Below, piece by piece: positions 22,145 through 32,733 of a stretch of DNA of 64,000 bases. The first letter of the stretch is position 1, and each line of letters opens with the position of its first letter. Position numbers and translations under genes: made by a program. The notes beneath the pieces are model-generated. The model was not told the origin of the DNA and searched no databases. It saw only the letters and a program-made list of their open reading frames with translations. Origin of the DNA: an uncultured Thermoleophilia bacterium (lineage in GTDB: Bacteria > Actinomycetota > Thermoleophilia > UBA2241); contig CAIYOD010000072.1 of the NCBI GenBank assembly GCA_903927755.1, positions 53,254-117,253 of the forward strand, in the 5' to 3' direction.

Positions 22145-22258
22145 GGTGCCTCGTGAGACTGTATGCGGGCGGGTGAGAAGCCGAAACCCTCGTTTGCGTT
22201 CCCCGACGGGCTGAAGGATACTAGCGCGACTGTTCAGCAAGCAAGCCGAGGAACACCC

Positions 22259-22450
22259 ATGTCCAAGATCTGTGTGACCTGCGGTAAGGCTCCTGCGATC
22301 GGCAACAACGTCAGCCACTCGCATCGCCACACGAAGCGCCGCTTCGATCCCAACCTGCAGCGCGTCCGCATCGTCGTCGACGGTCATCCGAAGAATGCCT
22401 ACGTCTGCACCCGCTGCCTCAAGTCGGGTCGCGTCACCAAAGCCGTCTGA
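22259..22450 (+). CDS. rpmB: 50S ribosomal protein L28
   Basis: [70 protein letters not shown] upstream of the ATG at 22259. Confidence 0.93.
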   Translation: MSKICVTCGKAPAIGNNVSHSHRHTKRRFDPNLQRVRIVVDGHPKNAYVCTRCLKSGRVTKAV

Positions 22451-22462
22451 GAGTCGCCACGC

Positions 22463-22500
22463 CGGGCCGCGCCGCTTCACGGCGCGGCCCTTTCGCGTTT
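22463..22500 (+). terminator. rho-independent terminator of rpmB
   Basis: GGGCCGCGCC-gcttcac-GGCGCGGCCC, a 10-bp perfect stem, followed by TTTCGCGTTT. Confidence 0.7.
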
Positions 22501-22698
22501 AACGGCCTCTTCCGTAGTGCCAAGTCGCGCTCGTCGCGCGATACTCCTAGGGGTATCGGCGAGCAGCCACGGCGAACGGCCCGAGGGGAGGCCCGTGAGC
22601 GATCCGCCGCGCGGACGATACTTGGCCTGCGGGCTGGAGCAGGGCGCGCTGGGGCGGTCCGGTCGCACGCGTCGGCTCATGACGCGGGAGGCCGGCCC

Positions 22699-22893
22699 GT
22701 GATCATCATCGCCGGCCTCGTCCTCATCATGCTTATCGTGTGGGGCATCCGCGTGACCGTCAGGCGCGCGCGCAAGAAGGCGCGCGCCAGGGCGGAGATC
22801 CGCAGGACGCGAGCCGCCGCCCTCGCGACCCAGTCCCGTCAGGCGGACGAACAGCGCGACGGGCGGTCGCCCGCCGACTGCGCAGCCGGGTGA
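22699..22893 (+). CDS. hypothetical small membrane protein (one transmembrane segment plus basic tail)
   Basis: GTG start preceded by GGGAGG. MIIIAGLVLIMLIVWGIRV followed by an Arg/Lys-rich segment. Could be an artefact. Confidence 0.3.
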   Translation: MIIIAGLVLIMLIVWGIRVTVRRARKKARARAEIRRTRAAALATQSRQADEQRDGRSPADCAAG

Positions 22894-22939
22894 CCCGGCC
22901 GCGCGACGACGCGGCGCGGGCCCTCCGTCGCGCGGAACG

Positions 22940-23404
<465 letters not shown>

Positions 23405-23424
23405 CCTTCGGCTCCTTCTGTCGA

Positions 23425-24714
23425 CTAGCCTTCGAGGCCCTCGTCCTGCCCGAAGAGGTCCTCGTGCTCGAGCATGTGGCCCATCTTGTCGCGCTTGGTC
23501 CGCAGGTAGCACATGTTGTCCTCCTGCGGAGCGATCTCGATCTGCTCGCGGCCGGTGACGCGCAGGCCGTAGCCTTCGAGCGCGACGATCTTCTTGGGAT
23601 TGTTGGTCATGATGCGGATGGTCGAGAGGCCGAGATCGGCGAGGATCTGGGCGCCGGTTCCGTAGTCACGCAGGTCCGGCGCGAAACCGAGCTCCACGTT
23701 GGCCTCCACAGTGTCGTAGCCCTGCTCCTGCAGCGCATAGGCCTTGAGCTTGTTGATGAGGCCGATGCCGCGACCCTCCTGGCGCATGTACAGGACAACT
23801 CCGAGACCCTCGGCCTCGATGCGGCGCATCGCCTCGGCCAGCTGGTCGCCGCAGTCGCAGCGCAGCGAACCGAAGGTGTCGCCCGTCAGGCACTCCGAGT
23901 GGACGCGCACGAGCACGTCCTTCTTGCCGGCCACGTCGCCCTTCACGATCGCCACGTGGTGGCTGCCGTCGAGCACCGACTCGTAGCCGACGGCCTTGAA
24001 GTCGCCGTACTTGGTCGGCATGGAGACGGTCGCGGCGCGGCGCACCAGGTGTTCGTTGCGGCGCCGGTACTTGATGAGGTCGGCCACGGTGATGATCTTG
24101 AGGCCGTGCTTGCGCGCATACGGGATGAGGTCGGGCACGCGCGCCATGGTGCCGTCGTCGTTCATGATCTCGCAGATCACGCCCGCTGGGTTGAGGCGCG
24201 CGAGGCGCGCCAGATCGACGGCCGCTTCGGTCTGGCCGGAACGCTCGAGGACTCCTCCGGGCCGGGCCATGAGCGGGAACACGTGGCCCGGCTGTACGAG
24301 ATCGGCGGGCCCGCACTCCGGGTCGATGGCGACCTGGATGGTGTGCGCGCGGTCAGCCGCCGAGATGCCGGTCGTCACGCCTTCCCGTGCCTCGACCGAG
24401 ACGGTGAAGGCGGTCTGCAGACGCGCCTCGTTGTGCGCGGTCATGGGCGGGAGATCGAGCTCGCCGCACCGCTGCGGCGTCAGCGACAGGCAGATGAGAC
24501 CGCGCCCTTCCTTGGCCATGAAGTTGATGTTGTCGGCGGTGGCGAACTGGGCGGCCATCGTGAGGTCCCCCTCGTTCTCGCGATCCTCGTCGTCGCAGAC
24601 GATCACCATGCGTCCCGCGCGCAGGTCGTCAATCGCCTCGTCGATGGTCGAAAACGGCTCCCGCGGCACAGACTCCGCCGCGCCGGTCGTGTCGTCGTGG
24701 TGGTCCACCGTCAT
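23425..24714 (-). CDS. ribBA: bifunctional 3,4-dihydroxy-2-butanone-4-phosphate synthase / GTP cyclohydrolase II
   Basis: 429 aa. N-terminal DHBP synthase domain and a C-terminal GCH-II domain with a CxGDxxGSLRCDC zinc site. Confidence 0.95.
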   Translation of the reverse strand: MTVDHHDDTTGAAESVPREPFSTIDEAIDDLRAGRMVIVCDDEDRENEGDLTMAAQFATADNINFMAKEGRGLICLSLTPQRCGELDLPPMTAHNEARLQTAFTVSVEAREGVTTGISAADRAHTIQVAIDPECGPADLVQPGHVFPLMARPGGVLERSGQTEAAVDLARLARLNPAGVICEIMNDDGTMARVPDLIPYARKHGLKIITVADLIKYRRRNEHLVRRAATVSMPTKYGDFKAVGYESVLDGSHHVAIVKGDVAGKKDVLVRVHSECLTGDTFGSLRCDCGDQLAEAMRRIEAEGLGVVLYMRQEGRGIGLINKLKAYALQEQGYDTVEANVELGFAPDLRDYGTGAQILADLGLSTIRIMTNNPKKIVALEGYGLRVTGREQIEIAPQEDNMCYLRTKRDKMGHMLEHEDLFGQDEGLEG

Positions 24715-25352
24715 CAGAACCCCGCTTCCGCTAGCTTCTCCCAGGTGAGTCCGCCGTCGGGCTTGCGCCCGGCGACGAACGAGTAGACGTATTTCGCGAT
24801 CAGGTCCGCCTCGAGATTGACTCGAGACCGGGTGGTGAGCCGCCCCAGCGTGGTGACCGCCGCGGTGTGCGGGATCAGGGACACGCGGACGCGGTCGCCG
24901 GTGACGCCGACGATCGTGAGGCTGACGCCGTCCAGGGCGATCGACCCCTGGTCGACGGAGACGCGAGCCACGGCTTCCGGCGCCTCGATCTCCACGACGA
25001 GGGCGTTGTCCTCCGGCGTGACCGCCGTGACGACGCCGACGCCATCGATATGCCCGCTCACGAGGTGTCCACCGAGGCGCGAGCTCAGCGTCATCGCCCG
25101 CTCGAGGTTGAGCCGGTCGCCCGGCCGCCGCTCGGCCAGGGTGGTGCGGCGGACGGTCTCCGGCATGGCGTCGGCGGTGAACCCGCCCGTGCGCAGCGAC
25201 GTGACCGTGAGGCAGACGCCGTCGGTGAGGATGCTGTCGCCGACGGCGGCGTCCTCGGTGACGGTCGTCGCCGCGATGTCGAGCACGACGCTCTGGGCGC
25301 CCGACGCGAGGCCGCGCAGGGTCCCGACCTCCTCGACGATGCCGGTGAACAT
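24714..25352 (-). CDS. ribE: riboflavin synthase alpha subunit
   Basis: Start [10 protein letters not shown], two lumazine-binding repeats, 212 aa. Confidence 0.93.
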   Translation of the reverse strand: MFTGIVEEVGTLRGLASGAQSVVLDIAATTVTEDAAVGDSILTDGVCLTVTSLRTGGFTADAMPETVRRTTLAERRPGDRLNLERAMTLSSRLGGHLVSGHIDGVGVVTAVTPEDNALVVEIEAPEAVARVSVDQGSIALDGVSLTIVGVTGDRVRVSLIPHTAAVTTLGRLTTRSRVNLEADLIAKYVYSFVAGRKPDGGLTWEKLAEAGF

Positions 25353-25354
25353 GC

Positions 25355-26443
25355 TCAGCCCTGCCTGTGCACGACGGTGCCGCTGAGGAGCAGGTCGTCG
25401 CAGACCGGGCGCCACTCGACGTCCTTGAGGCGCCAGGCGCCGTCGACCGCGGAGACGGCCGGCGCCGCGAACAGGTCGGGCGCTCCGCGCCCGACGATCA
25501 GCGGCGCCACGAAGAGCAGAACGCGGTCGATGAGATCCGCCGCGAGGAGCTCGCCGGCGAGCGTGGGGCCTCCCTCGCAGAGGATGTCCAGGAGGCCCAT
25601 TCCCGCCAGCGCCTCGAGAGTGGCTCGCAGACCGCCCTCCCCTGCTTCGATAAGCTCGGCGCCGCGTGCGTCGAGCAACCTCCGCGCGGCGTCCGATACC
25701 TGGTCAACCACGACGATCGTCCGCACCTGTCTCGCGCCGGTCAGGACCTTCGCGTCGGCCGGCAGGATGCCGTCGTGACTGATCACCACGCGCACCGGGT
25801 CCCGGCCGTCGGCGAGACGGACGGTGAGCTCGGGGTCGTCGCGGCGTACCGTCCCTGCGCCGACCATCACCGCGTCGACGCGCGAGCGCAGTTCGTGCAC
25901 GGCCCGCCGGCTGTCGAGGCAGCTGATCCAGCGGGCGTCGCCTCCGGCGGCGGCGACCTTGCCGTCGAGAGTGACCGCGGCCTTGTAGGTCACCAGCGGC
26001 AGGCCGGTGCGTTGGAACTTCAGAAACGGCGCGTTCTGCCGGCGGGCGCGCTGCGCCCACGTGGCCCCGGCAAGCTCTACGTCAACCCCACCCTCACGGA
26101 GCTTCCGCAGCCCGCGGCCGTTCACCATGGGGTTGGGGTCGCCGAGCGCGATGACCGCGCGGGCGATGCCGGCCGCCACGAGCGCGTCCGCGCAGGGCGG
26201 CGTCTTGCCGTGGTGGCTGCACGGCTCGAGCGTACAGTAGAGCGTGGCGCCTCGGGCGCGCTCACCGGCTTCGGCGAGTGCGTTGGCCTCGGCGTGCGGC
26301 CGGCCCGGCGCGAGGTGCCAGCCTCTGCCGACCACCTCTTCGTCCTTGACCAGCACGGCGCCGACCAGCGGATTGGGATGCGTGCCGCCGTGGCCTCGCT
26401 CGGCCAAGGTGAACGCCTCTTCCAGATACCTTTCGTCGTCCAT
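25355..26443 (-). CDS. ribD: bifunctional diaminohydroxyphosphoribosylaminopyrimidine deaminase / 5-amino-6-(5-phosphoribosylamino)uracil reductase
   Basis: [30 protein letters not shown] aligns to the B. subtilis RibD start. HAE and PCxxC deaminase motifs. The upstream ATG at 26464 lies inside the leader hairpin. Confidence 0.92.
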   Translation of the reverse strand: MDDERYLEEAFTLAERGHGGTHPNPLVGAVLVKDEEVVGRGWHLAPGRPHAEANALAEAGERARGATLYCTLEPCSHHGKTPPCADALVAAGIARAVIALGDPNPMVNGRGLRKLREGGVDVELAGATWAQRARRQNAPFLKFQRTGLPLVTYKAAVTLDGKVAAAGGDARWISCLDSRRAVHELRSRVDAVMVGAGTVRRDDPELTVRLADGRDPVRVVISHDGILPADAKVLTGARQVRTIVVVDQVSDAARRLLDARGAELIEAGEGGLRATLEALAGMGLLDILCEGGPTLAGELLAADLIDRVLLFVAPLIVGRGAPDLFAAPAVSAVDGAWRLKDVEWRPVCDDLLLSGTVVHRQG

Positions 26444-26464
26444 ACGCAAAACGCCCCGAAGCAT

Positions 26465-26620
26465 GCGCTCCAGGGCGGACGACGCCGAGGCGCCGAACCT
26501 GCTTCTCTCATCCGGACTGTGACCGTCGGCCCAGGAATCTCACCTGGTCGGCCCCTCTCGGGGTTCGCGGGCTGTACCGCCGGTGGGGACTTTCACCCCG
26601 CCCTGAAGCAGTGGTTGATC
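26465..26620 (-). ncRNA. FMN riboswitch (RFN element) with expression platform
   Basis: The reverse complement carries the conserved FMN-riboswitch segments (GGGGUGAAAGUCCCCACCGGCGGU, CCGACCAGGUGAGAUUCC and GUCCGGAUGAGAGAAG). It sits directly 5' of ribD. Confidence 0.85.
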
Positions 26621-26631
26621 GTGCGTGACGG

Positions 26632-26637
26632 ATTATA
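26632..26637 (-). promoter_or_regulatory. rib operon -10 box (TATAAT) overlapping the rpe stop codon
   Basis: The minus strand reads gcgTATAATccgtc about 12 nt upstream of the riboswitch 5' end. Confidence 0.5.
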
Positions 26638-27313
26638 CGCCGGAGGCGGCGGCCTGCGCCACTGCCCGGAAGCGCTCCTCGATGTCCGGCCCGCCGAACA
26701 CGCTCGAACCGGCGACCAGCCAGTTCGCGCCGGCTGCGACGAGCGCTCCGGCGTTGATCTCGGTCACGCCGCCGTCCACCTCGATGGCGACGTTATCGGG
26801 CAGGTAGGCGCGGGTGCGAGCGATCTTGTCCGTGGAGGTCGGGATGAAGCTCTGACCGCCGAAGCCGGGGTTCACCGACATGATCAGGACCATGTCGCAG
26901 GAGTACCTCGCCTCGGCCAGCGTCTCGATCGGGGTGGCCGGATTGAGCGACACCCCGGCGAGCGCCCCCGACTCGCGGATCTGCGCCAGCACGCGGTGCA
27001 GATGCGTGCAGACCTCCTGGTGGACGACGATCATGTCGGCGCCGGCGGCCGCGAACTGGGGGACGTACTGCTCCGGCCGCTCGATCATGAGGTGGACGTC
27101 GAGGAGCGCGCCGGCGCCGTGGACGAGCGGCTGCAGCGCCTTGACGACCAGCGGGCCGATGGTGATGTTGGGGACGAAGTGACCGTCCATGACGTCGATG
27201 TGGATGACGCGGGCGCCGGCGTTGAGCACGGCTTCGACGTCGTCGCCGAGCCGGCTGAAGTCGGCGGACAAGATCGAGGGCGCCACGTTGATGCCCCGCA
27301 GAATGTCTTCCAC
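26633..27313 (-). CDS. rpe: ribulose-phosphate 3-epimerase
   Basis: 226 aa. N-terminal APSILSADFS motif, plus HxDxMDG and VDGG. Confidence 0.93.
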   Translation of the reverse strand: MEDILRGINVAPSILSADFSRLGDDVEAVLNAGARVIHIDVMDGHFVPNITIGPLVVKALQPLVHGAGALLDVHLMIERPEQYVPQFAAAGADMIVVHQEVCTHLHRVLAQIRESGALAGVSLNPATPIETLAEARYSCDMVLIMSVNPGFGGQSFIPTSTDKIARTRAYLPDNVAIEVDGGVTEINAGALVAAGANWLVAGSSVFGGPDIEERFRAVAQAAASGV

Positions 27314-27359
27314 CGCTCCTCCGTTCGTCGCTGCCGCGGCTTCGCGCCGCAGCGGTAGT

Positions 27360-28781
27360 CTACCCCTCGGCTGCGCCCTGCGGACGCCGGTCGAGCTCCG
27401 GTCGGGCCCGGCGCAGACGCGCGATGAAGAAACCGGATGAGCCCCCGTCGGGTGGCAGCACGAGCAGGAATCCGCCGGAGGCCGGATGAGCGAGCCCCGG
27501 CCAGGTCGCGCCGAGGTCGTCCGCGGCCCAGCCTCCGCCGGCGAGGAGCGGCTCCACGACTCCGAGCGTCTCGGCGCAGGTCACGGTGCAGACCGCGTAG
27601 GTGAGCGCGCCACCGGGCTTGACCGTGGCGGTGGCGCGCGCCAGCAGGCGCGTCTGAAGCCGGGCAAGCCGGGGCACGTCCGCGGCTTGGCGGCGCCAGC
27701 GCAGGTCGGCGCGCGAGGCGAGGGTACCCAAGCCGCTGCACGGCGCGTCGAGCAGGACGGAGTCGAAGGCGCCGTCGAAGTCCGGCGAGAGATCCAAGGC
27801 GTCGGAGTGCACGACCGACACGCCGCCCGCGCCGAGGCGGGCGAGGTTGGCGCGCAGTTCTCCCACGCGAGCCTCGTCCACCTCCACCGCGGTGACGGCC
27901 GCCCCGGGCAGGAGGGCCGCGAGCTGGCTCGTCTTGGCGCCGGGGGCGGCACAGAGGTCAAGGACGGAGCCGCCGGGGCCCGCCACGCCCCCCGCGGCGA
28001 TGGTAGCGGCGATCTGAGAGCCCCGGGACTGGGGCGTCACCAGCCCGTCGCGGAAGACGCCCGAGCGCTCCAGAGGCGGTCCCTGATACAGGAGCGCGTC
28101 GGGCAGCCCATCGACACCTTGCGTCTTGAATCCCTCCGCCGCCATCGCCAGCCTCGCGGCAGGGAGCCCGCCGCGCAGCCGGTTGGCGCGCAGGCAACGT
28201 TCGGGTGCGGCGTTGCCGGCCTCCAGCAGACGGAGCGCAGCCTCGTCGCCGAGGTCCGTGCGCAGCCGCTTGACCAGCCAGAGCGGATACGAGAGGCCCG
28301 CCGCCCAGGAGCGCGCGTCGTCCCCCTCGGCCAGCCCTGCAAGCCTTGCCCGTCCGTCGGCCGCGAGGCGCCTGAGCACCGCGTTGACGAACCCGCCGGC
28401 GCGGCGACTCCTGCCGGTCGCGAGCGTGACCGAGTCGTCCACGGCCGCGTAGGCGGGCACGCGGTCCAGGAAGAGCAGCTGGAACGCCGCCAGCCGAAGC
28501 GCGTCGCGGACGTCGGGGTCGGCGCTCTTGAGCGGCGCCTTGGTATACGTGCTCAGCACCGCGTCGATCGAGTCACGCCGCTTGACGGTGCCGTTGATGA
28601 GTTCATTGGCGAGGCCGCGGTCGGCCACGCTCAGGGACGACAACTCCGGGAGCGCCGCGACCGAGTCGTCGAGGTGAGCGTTGCTGCCGCGCAGGCGGCG
28701 GAGAGCGGCGAACGCCGCCGCCCGCGCCGGACTCACGCCGGACGCTCTCGGCCGGCCACCGCCTGTCGCAGACCCGGTCAC
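27360..28781 (-). CDS. rsmB: 16S rRNA (cytosine967-C5)-methyltransferase RsmB (Sun/Fmu)
   Basis: GTG start overlapping the fmt stop (GTGA). NusB-like N-terminus; methyltransferase motifs DLCAAPGAKT and PCSGLGT. Confidence 0.88.
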   Translation of the reverse strand: MTGSATGGGRPRASGVSPARAAAFAALRRLRGSNAHLDDSVAALPELSSLSVADRGLANELINGTVKRRDSIDAVLSTYTKAPLKSADPDVRDALRLAAFQLLFLDRVPAYAAVDDSVTLATGRSRRAGGFVNAVLRRLAADGRARLAGLAEGDDARSWAAGLSYPLWLVKRLRTDLGDEAALRLLEAGNAAPERCLRANRLRGGLPAARLAMAAEGFKTQGVDGLPDALLYQGPPLERSGVFRDGLVTPQSRGSQIAATIAAGGVAGPGGSVLDLCAAPGAKTSQLAALLPGAAVTAVEVDEARVGELRANLARLGAGGVSVVHSDALDLSPDFDGAFDSVLLDAPCSGLGTLASRADLRWRRQAADVPRLARLQTRLLARATATVKPGGALTYAVCTVTCAETLGVVEPLLAGGGWAADDLGATWPGLAHPASGGFLLVLPPDGGSSGFFIARLRRARPELDRRPQGAAEG

Positions 28782-29671
28782 GTGGCCAGCAGGCCGCGGC
28801 CGGCGCCGCGCAGGAATTCGCCGGCCGTCATCCGCGTCCGGCCCTCTTGCTGCAACTCGCGCACGTCGAGCCACCCGTCTTCCGTGGCGACGACCAGCCG
28901 GTCCGGGCCGGTGGCCGGGACCGGCCCCTCCCCGGCCACGGCTCGCCAGATGCGCGTGCGGCGTCCGGCGAGCTCGGTGACGGCGCCGATGTGCGGCGAA
29001 AGCGCCCGGATCTGGTCGGCGATGCACGCGGCCGGCCGGCTCCAGTCGATCTCCTTGTCGGCCGCGCCGATCTTGGGTGCGTACGTGGCCTCGCCCTCCT
29101 GCGGCCGCCACTCGACGGTGCCGGCGGCCATGGCGGCGAGCGTCGCGAGCACGCCGTCTACCGCGGCCGGTGCCAGCAGTTCGTACGCCCTGCCGGCGTC
29201 CGCGTCCCTGGGCACGCGCACCGGGCGAACGTCGCCGACGGGGCCTTCGTCGACCCCGGCCGTCATGCGCAGCGTGCACACGCCGAGCTCCGTCTCACCG
29301 GCCATGAGCGCCCGCTCGACTGGGGCAGCCCCACGCCAGCGGGGCACCAGCGAGGGGTGCACGACGATCGTCTCCAGCGCGTCGAGCACCTCCTGCTTCA
29401 CGATCTGGCCGTAGGCGCACACCACGAAGGCTGAGGGCGAGTGGCCCAGGAGTTGCGCCAGCGATCCGGGATCGGAGAGACGCTCCGGCTGCAGGACAGG
29501 GACGCCGAGTCGGGTCGCGATCGCCTTGATCGGCGGCGCCTGCGGCGTGCCGTGGCGGCCGCGCGGCCGGTCGGGATTCGTGATCAGGGCGACGGGCGTG
29601 TGATCCGCGGCTGCGAGCCCCGTGAGGACGAGCTCGGCGAACGGGGCCGTGCCGGCGAAGGCGAACCGCAT
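28778..29671 (-). CDS. fmt: methionyl-tRNA formyltransferase
   Basis: 297 aa, MRFAFAGTAPFAELVL...HPSLVPRWRGAAP. Confidence 0.93.
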   Translation of the reverse strand: MRFAFAGTAPFAELVLTGLAAADHTPVALITNPDRPRGRHGTPQAPPIKAIATRLGVPVLQPERLSDPGSLAQLLGHSPSAFVVCAYGQIVKQEVLDALETIVVHPSLVPRWRGAAPVERALMAGETELGVCTLRMTAGVDEGPVGDVRPVRVPRDADAGRAYELLAPAAVDGVLATLAAMAAGTVEWRPQEGEATYAPKIGAADKEIDWSRPAACIADQIRALSPHIGAVTELAGRRTRIWRAVAGEGPVPATGPDRLVVATEDGWLDVRELQQEGRTRMTAGEFLRGAGRGLLAT

Positions 29672-29676
29672 GCGGC

Positions 29677-30258
29677 TCAGAGGCCGCCGCCGGACGCCTC
29701 GACCCCGGCGGCCTCGTTCTCGCGCATGAGGCGCAGCGCAGCGGCGCGCGCGCTCCTGCTGGTGCGATCGACGATCAGCACGCCGTCGAGGTGGTCGTTC
29801 TCGTGCTGGATCACGCGCGCCTCGAAGCCCTCGGCGCGGAAGTCCACCGGCTCGCCGTACTCATCGAGCCCTTGCACGCGAAGGCTGATGGAGCGCTCGA
29901 CCGGCATGGTGACGCCGGGAACGCTGAGGCAGCCCTCGTCCGACTCCTCGGTCTCGTCCGAGAACTCGTCTAGCACCGGGTTCACGAGGACCCGTGGGTC
30001 GTCGTCGACGTCGTACACGAGCAGGCGCTGAAGGACGCCGACCTGCGGCGCCGCCAGGCCCACTCCCGGGGCATCGTGCATGGTGCGGATCATCCGCTTG
30101 GCGAACTTGCGCAGGCTGCGGTCGAACTCCGTCACCTCGCGGGCGCTCTCACGCAGCACGGGATCGCCGATGACGCGGATGTCCCGGCGCGCCTCACGCT
30201 GCCTGCGCGACAGTTCCTGCTCGTCGACAGGTTGTCTGGTCTCGGTGGTCTCGCTCAT
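29677..30258 (-). CDS. def: peptide deformylase
   Basis: 193 aa. Motifs GVGLAAPQVG, EGCLSVPG and QHENDHLDG. Confidence 0.95.
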   Translation of the reverse strand: MSETTETRQPVDEQELSRRQREARRDIRVIGDPVLRESAREVTEFDRSLRKFAKRMIRTMHDAPGVGLAAPQVGVLQRLLVYDVDDDPRVLVNPVLDEFSDETEESDEGCLSVPGVTMPVERSISLRVQGLDEYGEPVDFRAEGFEARVIQHENDHLDGVLIVDRTSRSARAAALRLMRENEAAGVEASGGGL

Positions 30259-30284
30259 GTCCTCAATGGTACCTCACGACGGGG

Positions 30285-32702
30285 TCACAGCCACTGCGGC
30301 TCGACGTCCGGGATCACCCGGACGCCCCGGGCGGCGTATCTGTCACGGTTCACCGCCAGCCAGGCGCGCAGCACATCCAGGGTTTTCCCTGTTTCAGGAG
30401 TCTTTATCACGATGCGACAGGCATGACGGCCACGCTCCCTCCAGATGGGGCCCGGGCCGAGCACCTGCGCCGTGTCGCCAAGCCGGCCGGCCAGGCGCTC
30501 GGCGGTGAACCGACCGGCCACGTCGAGCTTGTCCCTCGACGTGCTCGAGAGGTCGAGCCCGACCAGGAAACCAGCGGGCGGGTAGCCCAGCTCCTGCCGG
30601 CGCTCCAGCTCCTCCGCGTAGAACTGCTCCTCCTTGCCTTCGGCGGCCAAGGCGATGGGACGAGCCTCAGGGTCCAGGGTCTGCACGACCACGCGGCCCG
30701 GCCTCTCGCCGCGCCCGCTCCGGCCCCCGACCTGCACGAGCATGGCGAAGGTGCGCTCCTCGGCGCGGAAGTCCGGGAAATGGAGCGTGAGGTCGGCATT
30801 GACCACCCCGACGAGCGTCACGTCCGGGAAGTGGTGGCCCTTGGCGATCATCTGCGTGCCGACGAGGATCTTCGGTCCGGGCTCGCCGAAGCGGCTGAGG
30901 ACGGCCTGCAACCGCGCGTACGAGCCGGCCACGTCGGAGTCGAGGCGCAGCAGGTCCACCCCAGGAAGGAGCAGTCGCACCTCTCGCTCCAAACGCTCCG
31001 TGCCGAACCCATGACGGACGAGGTCCGAGCTGCCGCAGGCCGGGCACGCGGAAGGAGCCGCTTCCGTGTGGCCGCAGGTGCGGCAGCGCAGCGTGCGGCT
31101 GCCGAACAGCGCCAGGGTGACGTCGCAGCGCGGGCACTCCCAGGCGTGGCCGCAGTGGTCGCAGACGAGGTAGGCGGCGAATCCCCGGCGGTTCAAGAAG
31201 AGGATGGCCTTGTCGCCGGCGTCGATGACCGCGCTGAGCGCCTCGGCGAGCTGCGGCGAGAACACGCCGTGGTGATCGCGCATGTCGACGATCTCGAGCG
31301 CGGGCGGCTGCGAGCCGTCCACGCGCTGGCGCAGATCGGCGTGGAGAGCCACGCGGGCGAAGCTCTCCACGCTCGGCGTGGCGGAGCCGAGTACGACGAT
31401 CGCCCCGGAGTCGGCCGCACGCCAGCGGGCCACGGTGCGCGCGTCGTAGGCCGGCTCGCTCTCCTGCTTGTACGAGGTGTCGTGCTCCTCGTCGACGACG
31501 ATGAGTCCGAGGTCGACGAGCGGCGCGAACACCGCCGAGCGCGCGCCGACCACGATACGCACCTCGCCGCGCGCCACGGCGCCGTACGCGAGCAGCCTCT
31601 CCCCCGCCGACAGCCCGGAGTGCAGGACGGCGACCTGCTCGCCGGAGAAGCGGCGCTTCACCCGCGCCACTGTCTGACCGGTGAGCCCGATCTCGGGGAC
31701 CAGCAAGAGGACCGAGCGCCCCGCCTCCAGCGTGGCCTGCGCCGCCTGCAGGTAGACCTCGGTCTTGCCGCTGCCGGTGACCCCGTGCAGCAGGACCTCG
31801 TCACCGGGGTGGGTGTCGCACAGGATGCTGTGGAGGGCGCGTCGCTGCTCGTCGAGGAGATCGGGGATGTCCGAGAGCGTGGCACAGGCTCGCAGGCGGC
31901 CGGCCTGCGCCACCGCGCCAATCGCGGGGACGGTGTCGGCTTCGTCCGCTCCGATGGCGCCGGCCTCGGGGCCTTCGTGCTCCGGCGCCGCATCGTCCTC
32001 CGCGCCGGATGCCGACGCGACGACAGCGCCGCCCTCGAGCAGCCGCTTCAGCCCCTCTGCGGACAGGCCGCTGGCGGCGCGCAGCTCGCGCTCATCGAGG
32101 CTGCCGGCGGCGTCGAGGAGCTCGAGTGCGGCACGCTGTCTCACGCCCAGCCGCGCGGGCGTCTCGGGACCCCGTCGCAGCGTGCGCCCCGGCGACGTGA
32201 CGCCGACCACGTGCACGCTGTAGGCGACGCGGAGCCAGCCCTTGCGCCGATAGCGCTCCGCGTCTGGACCGCGACGGCCGCCCTGGAGCCGGAGCCCGCC
32301 CAGTTCCTCGAGCTGGGTCTCTCCGGCGTCGGCGGCCGCCCTCCCGGCGTCCGTCAGCTCGTACTGGCGCACGATCTTGAGCGCGCCGGTGGGCGGGCAG
32401 ACGAGCGTCAGCGCGGCCGCGAACGACGTGAGATAGTGCTCTTCCACGCGGCGCGCGACCTGGAGGAGTTCGGCCGGGATCGGGGGAACGCGCAAGACGT
32501 CCCGCACCGGCAGGACGCGTCCCTGGTGCGCGGTCTGCCCGCGGATCTCGAGGATGACCCCGATGACTGTCTGCGCGCCCAGCGGGACGGCGGCGAGCGC
32601 GCCGGGAAGCGCGCGAGCCGCGAGCTCGCGCGAGATCTCGTAGTCGAAGGCCTCGGAGAAGGCCCGGGTGCGGACGAGCGGGAAGACGGCGGCGTAGATC
32701 AC
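30285..32702 (-). CDS. priA: primosomal protein N' (PriA helicase)
   Basis: 805 aa. Walker A GVTGSGKTEVY, the DEEHD motif and a CxxC zinc-finger cluster. Confidence 0.92.
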   Translation of the reverse strand: MIYAAVFPLVRTRAFSEAFDYEISRELAARALPGALAAVPLGAQTVIGVILEIRGQTAHQGRVLPVRDVLRVPPIPAELLQVARRVEEHYLTSFAAALTLVCPPTGALKIVRQYELTDAGRAAADAGETQLEELGGLRLQGGRRGPDAERYRRKGWLRVAYSVHVVGVTSPGRTLRRGPETPARLGVRQRAALELLDAAGSLDERELRAASGLSAEGLKRLLEGGAVVASASGAEDDAAPEHEGPEAGAIGADEADTVPAIGAVAQAGRLRACATLSDIPDLLDEQRRALHSILCDTHPGDEVLLHGVTGSGKTEVYLQAAQATLEAGRSVLLLVPEIGLTGQTVARVKRRFSGEQVAVLHSGLSAGERLLAYGAVARGEVRIVVGARSAVFAPLVDLGLIVVDEEHDTSYKQESEPAYDARTVARWRAADSGAIVVLGSATPSVESFARVALHADLRQRVDGSQPPALEIVDMRDHHGVFSPQLAEALSAVIDAGDKAILFLNRRGFAAYLVCDHCGHAWECPRCDVTLALFGSRTLRCRTCGHTEAAPSACPACGSSDLVRHGFGTERLEREVRLLLPGVDLLRLDSDVAGSYARLQAVLSRFGEPGPKILVGTQMIAKGHHFPDVTLVGVVNADLTLHFPDFRAEERTFAMLVQVGGRSGRGERPGRVVVQTLDPEARPIALAAEGKEEQFYAEELERRQELGYPPAGFLVGLDLSSTSRDKLDVAGRFTAERLAGRLGDTAQVLGPGPIWRERGRHACRIVIKTPETGKTLDVLRAWLAVNRDRYAARGVRVIPDVEPQWL

Positions 32703-32733
32703 GCCGCGCCGCCGTCTCCCCGGCGCCGCAGAC

